A DNA stretch of 64,000 bases from the human T2T-CHM13v2.0 reference genome, Homo sapiens. The position numbers and the translations under genes are program-made. Of this stretch, positions 53,241 through 64,000 are shown one piece after another (within the stretch, counting starts at the first letter, position 1; each line of letters begins with the position of its first letter). Under the pieces are notes generated by a model that had not been told where the DNA came from, did not search any database, and saw nothing but the letters and a program-made list of their open reading frames with translations. The DNA lies in NCBI RefSeq assembly GCF_009914755.1, contig NC_060925.1; one strand, given 5' to 3'.

Positions 53241-53590
53241 TGCCAGGTCCGGTGGCTTGTGCCTTTAATCCCAGCTATTCAAAAAGCTGGAGTGGGAAGA
53301 TTGCTTCAGGCCAGGCGTTAGGGACCAGCTTGAGCAACATAGCAAGATCCCTGTCTCTCAAAAAATTAAAAATAAAAAAATTAACCAAGTATGGTGGTGC
53401 ATGCCTTTAGTCCAAACTACTCAGGAGATTGACATGGGAGGATCCCTTGAGCCCAGGAATTCTAGGCTACAGTGAGCTGTGACCTTGCTGCTACACTCTA
53501 GCATGGGTGACAGAGTGATGTCCTGTCAAAAAAAAACAAAAACAAAAACAAAAAACAGAAAGAAGAAAGAAAGAAAGAAAGAAAAGATGA
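53241..53590 (+). mobile_element. AluJ
   Basis: Diverged dimer with cttgagcccagg; AAAAC/AGAA tail. Confidence 0.85.
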
Positions 53591-56500
53591 ATACTATACA
53601 CACAAAAAAATGAGTGAAACTCATGAACAAAGGGTTCATTTAAAAAGAAATCTAAATGGCCAATTTTGTGTGAAAAATGTTAACTTTATAAGTAACAAAA
53701 GAAATGCAAGTTAAAATAAAAACAGATTACCATTTCTCAAACTGATAAAACTATTTTTAAAAAATCAAACCCTATATGTGATAAATAAAACTCAAGTCTC
53801 TACATGCTCACTTTTGGAAGAAGTGTCAAGCAGTGCACTCTTTTGAAGTCTTTTGACTATTATATATCAAAAACCTAAAAAAATCCTGCCAATTCTTTAC
53901 TAATTCCATTTTTAAATAGAACTGAGGAAATGATTTAAATGTACACATAGGTTTAAGATAAGATAGTCATTACAATATTAACAATGGCAAAAAACATAAA
54001 ATAGTCTTAGTATCTAACAACATGAAAATAATTATATAATGGAATCCTGTGATATTATTAAACTAATATTTTGAATAATAATTATACATCGTAATGCTAT
54101 ATTTAGGTTTAAATTTATTAAAAGCTGTATAATAAATATTTAATAAATAAATACTTGAGCATGCAAATACATACTACAGGAAAAAAGAAAAATTATCCCT
54201 GACATATTAACTTTTTCTCAGAGCTAAGCTTTTGATTGGCTTTTTTTTTACACTTTTTCATGTTATGTTGTCCAGATTTTCTACAATTAGAATACATTAT
54301 TTTATAATCAGGAAAAAAATTAATTAAAAATTTTTAAGGCTTGATCACCAGCTCATAGGATATCGACTCTAGAAAAGAACATTAACAAAAACCTGACCTG
54401 CCTTCTCATTTTTCCCATAAAGAAACCAGAGAATCAGAAAGCTAGATGGTTGGCGAAGGCCAAATGCTATTTGCAAGCAGAGTAAATGTGCCTCCCCAAA
54501 TGTGCAGCCAAATAGGCCTCCCCAAGATAGCCTATTTCAAAGGATCCCTTTACAGGCACCCAGAGGGAGAAGCCACCAGCCCCCAGTGTTCTTGGGGACA
54601 CGGCAGGCTAAGGGTAGTTTTCCAACTCATCTCAAGTTCTGGCCATTCTTGTTGAAAAGTTAAGACCAGAAAGTAGAGCTATGACCAGGCCTTAGTCCTG
54701 CTGCCCAAGAGACCAACCCGCGCCTGCATAGACCTCTGAGCAGATTCTGAGTTCCTTTCAATCTGGAAGGCTGCATGCCTATTTGAGAGGTGAAGGAATT
54801 GAGGGAATCTGCAAATTCTACCCACCTCACATCCAAATACACCATGGTTTTCCACTCCTGCCCTAACACTCAGATCTCCTTTATCTAAAAGTAGGTGTCA
54901 GTAGTAGTAGCAGTGGTGCTGGGGTCATTCCATAGATTACAATGTGAACGGTAGAGTTGTGGCAGATGGTGGCCTTGGTCTGGGAGGACTTGAAGGAGTC
55001 TGCCATTGAAAAAGGGCAGAAATGTACAGGCGTGCCAAGCAAAAAGAACCATGTGCAAAGGCCCAGGGCTTTGATACCGTGTGATGAGAAGTTCAGCAAC
55101 GTAGGGTGTGGGGGCAGGAAGGATTGACATCTGATGTGGCTGGATTGTGAAAGGCCTTGAAGACTATGCGAGGGAGGACTATGGGAAGTCAACAGCAGGG
55201 TGTGGGAAATGGAAGGGAGTGGCAGGTGGGAACAGCGGGGGCTAGGCCCTGACAGAGGAGGAGCCATGTACCAATAGGGGATTGGGCAAACTGGACCAGC
55301 AGATAAATGGAAGTACATCCCTGATGGACTGCAGCCAAATTCAGCCAACAGCCCCAGCTCCAGGCTCAGGCCAGCCTGGACATAGTGCAGGAGGATCTAA
55401 CTGGCCAGGGCCATCTCCCCTGCCCCAGCTGCATATTCCCCTCATGTGGCTCAGAGTGGACAGCTAATAGGGGATCTGTGTTTCAGAAGAAAAGGATGAA
55501 ACAAGGCCATACCAAAAGAGGAAGCAGCAGAACTTTGCTCAAAAGAGTTATCAGCTGCAGGGAGTCTCCAGAAATGCTGAAAGGAGGCCTGGACAACAAC
55601 TGCTTGACTGAGCACAGCCAGCTCTGTTCATGGATGACAGACATGCTTCGGTGGCCAGTGAGCTTAGAAGACAGAGGCCTGTGTTCACGTCCCAGCTCTG
55701 CCACATCTATAGTGATGGGCAAGTCATTTATCCTCTCCAACTCTCAGTGTTCTCCACTTTCCCTGTCAAAAGGGCATAATAATGGTCTCTATTTCATATG
55801 GCTATTGAGACAATAAAACAATTTATTGCATAGAACATTAATAATTCTGAAGGATTGTTGTTAACTTTTTAATCTTCTTCTTTCATCTTCCGGGGACCCA
55901 GATCCATTATTTGTATTTGTATTCCAAGAGAAGAGGAACGGGTATGTGAACAGCCACATATTGGGTCACTTTACATGAACTACCCTCTGAATTCTCCCAT
56001 GGGCCCCACAAGAAGGGCATTAAGATCTCTCACGGGCAGAGAAGTTGAAATTCAGAGAAGCAAAATCACCTATGTAATATCCCAAGCTAATTTAAGGCAA
56101 ACAAGTAATTCTGTCTACCCCCAAACTCCTGCCTGTCCACCAACCAGACTGCCTTCCCCAGCTCAAATCTCCACAACCTGTTAGTGCCACCTGCCCCTGT
56201 ACACCTGCTGCCACGGGAACAAGGGTCCCATCCCCTCAGGCCTCACGCGGACCGGGAACATGGCCTTTGTTTTACTGGCAAAGCTGACCCAGGCCAGGAC
56301 ACAGCCAGATCCACCATCCCTGGGCTCGGGACTATTGTGGGTCACAGATATCCCTTTGACAGTGAGATGTCACACCTGGAACCCACTACCTAGCAAAACA
56401 TAAGAATTTGGAGTAAAACACCATTTTTAAAAATCTACATGTGCCTTTATCCCACAGGGAGTTCCTGAGGCTTCAGGGAGACTTTCAGGGGTCCAGAGAA

Positions 56501-58504
56501 CCCAGAGGGATAAGGGGCTGGGAGTAATTTTAATGGTGTAGGATCTCATAGGATGGAGTGAAGTGGAGAGTTGCGGGAGGCATTTTTACACTGCTTATCC
56601 CACAACACTCTCTAATATGGTTTAGCCCTTTCACCACACAAAGTAAGAAGCTGACGGTTAGACACACAGGGGAGAGGCTGCTTCATATGGCAGAAAGAGC
56701 TGGGACTGCCAGTCCATGAGATGTTTGTTACAGTTCTCATTTCTTTACTTATTTTGCTGGGTGATCTTGGGCAAGTGGCCTAGCTGCTGTTACAACACAA
56801 CCACAATGATGACTGCCATTCATTGGGTGCTTCCCAAGGGCTAGGCCTTGTCCTAGCCTCTGAACGTTTATTATTGCATTTCCTCTTCACAATAACCATA
56901 GGAGGTAGCCATGATTTTCTCCCTTTCGTGGATGAGGGTTGAAGCATGCTGCAGACTCAAAGCCCCTCCCCAGGGCTCTACATCTACCGTAAGGCCACCT
57001 TGGGCAGACACTTCTCCTTTATAGAGCAGGGAGCCTCTGACAATGCAAACGTCAATGTCAGATAATTTTTTTTCTTTTAACAATCGTCACTCTGGATGAT
57101 GCTGGGGTGGTGTGTGTGTGAGGAGTGTTTCCTAGAGAGACATTCATGACAGTTCTTAAGGTCAGGGGCGGTATGGCTGGAGCCACATTTGTGAAATTTA
57201 ATCACCAAGATTCCCCTTCTTTCAAAAGAGTAGAGCTCCTTCTTCTCCTTTCCAGGCTCTCTGTTTCCGGAGTTTTGGGCTTTACTCTCTAAGAGTTTCA
57301 GATGTGTTGAAACTCTGTAGAATTCAGGGGAAATCTTGCTGGGTCAGAGCCTGCACAGTTATCCCTCTGGGAGTTTCCAGCTTTGTGTGGGCTCAATGTC
57401 AACAATTTTTGTTCGAGAAGCTCTAGAGCTGGCCAAAGGCCAAAGTTACCCTGGCCAGGTAAGTTAAGGTCAAGTTAAGAAAACTTAAAGGTTATACTTC
57501 TATAAGAAGAAAGAGAAATTGTCTTAGCCACAGGCAAATGACAAATGTGTACAAGGGTTTTACATTTGCCATCTCATTCAGCTTCCACACGGGAGACAGG
57601 GGATAGTATCCCCATTTTAAAGAAGAGAGAATTGAATTGGCCAAGGTCACCCAGATAATAGTAGAATTGGGAGAGATTTTTCTTTTCAAAACCAGCTCTT
57701 CATTGCCCATCGTTCCTTGCTAATTCTCCAGCTGAGACACAGGATCATGTTGCAGTATAAGAACATACCAGACTAGCTGGGATTAAATTTTGGCCTGACT
57801 GTGGGCTAGTTACTTAATCATTCTGAATCTCAGTTCCTCATGCATGAAATGAGGCTGAAATTACCAGTATTTGCTTCACAGGGCTCTTGTGAGTTTTCAA
57901 TGGGTTAATATGGGGGAAATCTTAGAACAATGTACATGACATAGTGTCAGCTATTTTAATCATATAACTTGATTTAAGAAATGCACTGTTGTTTTAGCAG
58001 GTATATAGTGTACACTAGGGGAAGGAAAATAATTCTCAGACAACAAATCAGACTCTGTGCCGGGTGGGTGCTTCAGACTCATAACTCATTTAGAGTGTTA
58101 CCACAGTCCTATGAGTGAAGCACTTAACAGATGAGGAAACTGAGAAATAATGTGCAATGTGACTAATGTTGCTCAGCTACAGAGTATTCGAGCTGGAACA
58201 CAAACCCCAGGCTGACCCTAGCACTTCTACCTTTCCCTCTGTCGTGGTGTCCGACACCACTGGATGGAAACGAAGCAGCCCAACAAGAAAGCATGTGCTG
58301 GAAAACACATATATGTGACTAGAGGACCACCAGGGAGGGAAGGGCTGCCATCTTACTAACGTTGCCTTATTTTACAAATAAGTTATTTCCTGACCTAGTC
58401 TTCTGTACATTTAATTGTGATTAATACTGAAAATTAAAATGCACAAAGCACAGAGGAACCTGGTATTTCAGGAGCCTCCTGTAATTGATTCAGAATTTGA
58501 AGAC

Positions 58505-58960
58505 ATTCATCTGTATTTGTTGTTTATTGTCTTCCTACTATGTGCTGGATCTGAGGGTTAGAAGGTTAATGGAGGAGTGACACAAAGATTAAATAATGAC
58601 ACACTGAATGGCATGTTCACTAATGATGATAAGCACCATTAAAGACAGCTGGATGGAATTTAAAGGGGTAGATGGTAGTCTGGTCTGATCTAGCCAAGGG
58701 CCCAAGAGACAGCATGCAAAAGTCTAAAGGAAGAAGAGAAGGAAAGGATAAATATCACAGACAGAAAGAAAAGCATGAGCAAAGGCTTTATGGCAGAAGG
58801 AGCATAGACTATTTGAGGAACTGAAAGATTCTCTCTGTGTCTAGACCACAGAAAAAATGGGTTAAAGAAGTTCAAGATGAGGTTGGAAAGGCAGGAAGGG
58901 GCCAGAGTATGCAGAACACTGGTTATCATATAGAATCGGTCTTTGTTCTAAAAGGATGGG
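58505..58960 (-). mobile_element. L2 fragment
   Basis: attcatctgtatttgttgtttattgtcttcctactatgtgctgg start and purine-rich body. Confidence 0.55.
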
Positions 58961-59234
58961 GAGGGATTCAGATAAAAAAAATTAAGATTTTTTTACAAGG
59001 GCTGTAAAATTGCAAGTAATCTGTTTAGGTTATGATTAACACAACATCATATCATTGTATTATATACTAACATATGGTTAGTATCCATCATATTGTGAAG
59101 GTATGACAAACAGCCTTCAACTTACATCCAATTCTGAGGATAATTAATGGCTATGGGAATAATGTGTTGAGACTCAGTGGGTATATCTGGATCCAGTAGG
59201 AATGAATACTATTATCCATTAACAATATAGGCCT

Positions 59235-59528
59235 GTCCAGGCACAGTGGCTCATGCCTATAATCCCAGCCCTTTGGGAGGCTGAGGGGGGCAGATTGCTT
59301 GAGGCCAGGAGTTTGAGACCAGCCTGGCCAACATGGTGAAACCCTGTCTTTACAAAAAATACAAAAATTAGCCAGGTGTGGTGGCGCATGCCTACAGTCC
59401 CAACTACTCGGGAGGCTGAGGCATAAGAATTCTTGAACCCAGGAGGTGGAGTTTGCAGTGAGCCGAGATCGTGCCACTGCACTCCAGCCTGGGCGACAGA
59501 GAGACTCTGTCTCAAAAAACAAAACCAA
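59235..59528 (+). mobile_element. AluS
   Basis: Full dimer; degenerate TSD AACAATRTARRCCT. Confidence 0.9.
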
Positions 59529-60468
59529 ACAATGTAAACCTGGAATAGACTGAAGCTGGGTGTTCTAACTGTGGCTGCATAAAGCAAAGGGGCTCTGTCA
59601 TAAGACTGCCCCAGGTCTGAATCACAGCTGTGCCACTTGGTATCTGCTGGAACTTGGGCAGTTTACTTAGTAACTCAGAATCTCAGCTTCCCAAGCTGTA
59701 AAATAGACATAGAAGTACCCATCTTCAAGGGATTTTATGAGGATTATTGGAGTTGAAATGTTTAACAATTAGGCACATGATGGACTTCATAATAATAAAC
59801 TTTCTTAATGTATAAAGAGAATTTGGAAGTATAATTGCAGAATATTTAAAGTTGAAACTACCTTAGGGTAAGTGGGAAGGAAAAAACAGAAAGGACAACT
59901 TATTTCAACTTTTCTCAACATAAGTTATCTTTAAGTATGAGTGCTACACAATAGACCTTTACAAAAACAACCAAGAGGGCAGGTGTATGCTCTGCATGCA
60001 TTCATTCACCAGGTTTGGTAAATGAGTTACCCATTTACCCCGGTAGTATAAGAGATTATTAAACTGTGGCACCAAAAGACAGACATACTAGATGTTGGAC
60101 ACTTGAGCAAATTTGTAAGCTGTCCATCCAAATTTTTAAGCTGCAAAAAGGAAATTGTTAGAAAACCATTAGATGACTTGCACACATTGAGGAGATGAGA
60201 CAGTTGGGATGCTGAAGATTAAGAGGATTTGTGAAGAGGATTTCATCAGAGAGAGGTGTTAGTGAACAGAGTCTCAGATAACTCCCGGGTTTTAACTTTT
60301 TCAGGCATAGTGCCAGGTACAAAGTTGATATTCAACAAGCATTTATTGAATGAATGATTGAATGAATAACTGATATATCACTATAACCTGAAATAGGTAA
60401 GAAATAGGGAAAGAGCATTAAGAGTCTTTAATCTTGAGGCTGCAAATAAATTATATCACATAAAATTA

Positions 60469-60771
<303 letters not shown>

Positions 60772-61932
60772 TTAAGAAAGTTTGCAGGTGTGATGAGGGA
60801 GCCAATTTTTATAATCTTTGAAGAGTATGGAGTAAAATTATAGAAGACTAGAAATAGTTTCTCCTTTACAAAAAAAGCTGAATTTCAGAAATGATAAAAC
60901 TGTGCCATTAATTTTGGCAAAACACTAAAGTGTATTTCTAAACAGTTAGTCATGAAAGTAGTCTTCACCAGGAGCTAGCATTTGTCTGTTAGGGTTACTA
61001 GAGTAGCCTGAACAGGAACATACTAAAAATAATGTATTCTGATTTTAGGGAGAGATTTGATAGCTGGGTAATTGCAAAAATGTGGTTGCAATGATAAGAC
61101 AGGCATAATTGTAGTTTGTAACTACCTTACACAAATTCATTAATGGCAAATTAGTCTAGATGGAATCCCTAGATTCAGGATGTAGAGTAGTGGTTTGCAG
61201 TCCTGGTCAACTGTTAAACAAGGAAACTTTTACAACACATCAATATCTGCCTCCACACTCAGAAATTTAGATTTTTTTTGTCTGGTATGGAGTCCAGCCA
61301 TTTGAATATTTCAAAAATTCTCTAGTGTTCTAACATACAAAGTTTTAATCACTATTTTCTTAATGTTCTATTCTTGGCCATGGACTTTACAATATATTTT
61401 TAAGGAACATATTGAATGAAGACAGAAAAACTCCTTGTGTTGTGTTTGTAGATGAGTCAAAACTAGAAAATGATGACATTAAGCCTGAAATGAGCAAACA
61501 AATGAAAACCTTCAACAAGACAGAAAAATGAGCAAAGACACTCACAAAGTAAAATGTCTTGTTACAGAGGTATTTTGCTAATGAAATGAGTCAACACGTA
61601 GAAAGAACTTAGAGCAGAATTAGGTACATGCACACTCAATACATTTATCACACCAAATCCTGCTCACCGTAGGTCAGCATTCTCTCCATATTAGAGAAAT
61701 GAAGGTACAAAGAATGTGCCCTTCTAGCCTAAGATCATGCAGTAAGTTGCAAACCTGGGCTTCAAACCCAGTCCTGACTCCAGTGTCCAAGTTCTTATTT
61801 ACTACTCTGAGTGTTAGTGTGAACTTTGATTTTAGGACTGAAAGGGATGTTAGAATTTACCTCAGACATTTTAGAGAGAAAAACTGAGGTTTGGAAAGGT
61901 GAGTCATTTGCCCAAATGCACAAAGATAGAGA

Positions 61933-62125
61933 ATGGTAGAGGAAGAAGAACGAGGAGGAGGAGGAGGAGGAGGAGGAGGAGGAGGAGAGGGGGAGGGGGA
62001 GGAGGAGAGGGGGAGGGGGAGGAGGAGAGGGGGAGGGGGAGGAAAAAGGAAAGGAAAGCAAAGGAAGGGAAGGGAAGGGAAGGGAAGGGAAAGGAAGGAA
62101 AAGAGGACAAAAGGAAGGAAAGAAG
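61933..62125. repeat. Polypurine tract: (GGA)n, 3 x 20-bp unit, (GGGAA)n
   Basis: GGAGGAGAGGGGGAGGGGGA repeated three times at 61981-62040. Confidence 0.95.
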
Positions 62126-62345
62126 CCAGGTCCTGTGTTTAGGGACCTTTCCAAATCAAAGGAAATCTGGGAAGGTTCTAACTTATTTCACGGAAAAGGA
62201 GTGCATCAGGAGGGAAATCCACAAGAAAGCTTTGAGAAATGCTCTCAAAGAGGTTCTGACTCTCACAGGTAGTGCTAGACGTTTCTCAGTAATCCTGAGA
62301 TCAGTCTATTTCTCTCCCTCACAGCCCCATGCCTGGACTAAGCCT

Positions 62346-62720
<375 letters not shown>

Positions 62721-64000
62721 AAAGGTTTAATTAAAGAGGTGAACTCCCATGTCAAGGAGAGTGTTAAAAGGTAAGAATTGAAGTTTGTTTTCTCTGGCTT
62801 AGGGAAATCCTGACCCAGAGATGTGGAGAAGGATATTGAAGATGTTTTATACCAAATTATAAAATCTTGGATTAGGAGATTTCAGAAGACTTCCTAACAT
62901 GTACTGTGGCTGCTCTTGCCACATGAAAAAAACCCATGGTCCTGTAGAGTATGCTCCAGTGATTTCTGGGAATCCCCAGGTGGAATCCCACATGTACTCA
63001 TGAACCAGCTTTATTGGCTACTATGTTGCTTCTACCCCGTTTTTTCTTTTTTCTTAAACTCATTCTGTGTAACGAAGCTGCCTCACTCAGTAGTGAGAAT
63101 GAAGATTAAATGAGATAGCACATAGGCACTCAATAAATCAAAATTTGTTGCAATAATGCCATTAATAATGAAGAAAAATAACTCCGCTAGTCGCTTCTGC
63201 TATTTTAAACTAGATGTCCACTGGAGTCAAGAGAGACTAGAATAAACTACTAAGGAATATTTGAAGGGAAAGATAATCCTTTTCTGTCAAAGACAGTGAT
63301 TCAGGCTTCAAAGGCAGGAGGATGACCCAGTCTGGACACAATAACAATTCCAGGCACAAGTTGCTATGTGTTGCAGGCAGGATCTCCTAAATGGAGTCCT
63401 GGTGGACACCTGTCCTAAAAGCACCCAGAGCTCACACTGCTCCAGCCTGCACCTCTCACCTCCAGCCACCTTGGAGAATGAAGATAAAGACAGTGATCAC
63501 TCCAGAGTGCATGCTGAGGCTCAGGGCCTGTGCTACATGCTGCAAGTATGTGACCTCACTGAGTCCTCACAGCAACTTATAAAGCCAATGCCCTTTACAG
63601 AAGGAGAATATATAAATTCATAAGAGTTAAATACCTTGCCCAAGGAAGTGTCTATTTTCTGACTGTAAGACACATCCTTAACCCCTCTGTATATGTCAGG
63701 AGTTTCCGGTAAATGTTCTCTACCTAGACCTGCAAGAAGGACTCCTTCTCTGCTCATCTGCTTAGACCCTAAAACCATCCCCACATCCTGGCCTCCTATG
63801 AGTCTAGCCTGGCTGCTTTGCATCCTCCCCTCATGGGAGTATTTGTGAAGAATGGATTTAGCTTCTTGGCTCTGCAGCTTTGCTTCTGAGCCAGACAGAG
63901 GACTCACATGACTCCAAGTGTCAGGTCCCCAGGGACACCAGTGCGAACACCAGCTGCAGCTGTGACTCCTTTTGCACACACTGTTTTTGGAGGAGCTCTT

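Larger units (their letters stand above)
51630..54320 (+). mobile_element. Ancient L1M ORF2/3' fragments hosting younger insertions
   Basis: A-rich L1 ORF2-like stretches (gaaaatatttgccacatgtatg; aaagaaatctaaatggccaa); bounds approximate. Confidence 0.6.

Noticed and set aside
54446-57083. GC-richer block with several 60-155 aa ORFs as an unannotated gene
   Set aside because: The ORFs overlap on both strands, resemble no protein family I recognise and are interspersed with L2/MIR-like sequence; no consistent exon chain. A lncRNA cannot be excluded without expression data.

Overview
Human genomic DNA containing the 3' part of the cAMP phosphodiesterase gene PDE4B on the + strand, followed by about 28 kb of repeat-rich intergenic sequence. 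Positions 1-16 kb are intronic for longer isoforms whose upstream exons lie outside the window. The window holds the complete coding sequence of the super-short isoform: first exon MPEANYLLSVSWGYIK (PDE4B5-type) plus nine shared exons, 1512 nt, 503 aa plus stop, with all GT-AG junctions in phase. The 3' UTR is about 1.9 kb and ends near 36011. Repeats include a near-consensus AluYa5 with a perfect 17-bp TSD, 13 other Alus or Alu monomers, L1, L2, CR1, MIR and hAT fragments, and several LTRs, one of them a rearranged HERVL18/LTR18 relic. The most notable unexplained structures are: (1) a cluster of perfect inverted repeats and fold-back scars at 6.6, 8.0 and 10.9-12.0 kb; (2) a TTAA-flanked 25-bp-arm hairpin at 22.0 kb; (3) a gapless 128-bp direct repeat at exactly 500-bp offset; (4) an in-frame upstream ATG separated from the PDE4B5 start by a single TGA; (5) a 165-codon in-frame intron read-through whose stop lies within ATTAAA; (6) three miR-23 8mer sites interleaved with AATAAA hexamers in the 3' UTR. 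No CRISPR array, rRNA or tRNA was found, and nothing here amounts to a demonstrated new system. Repeat family names are recalled from consensus sequences and were not checked by a search.
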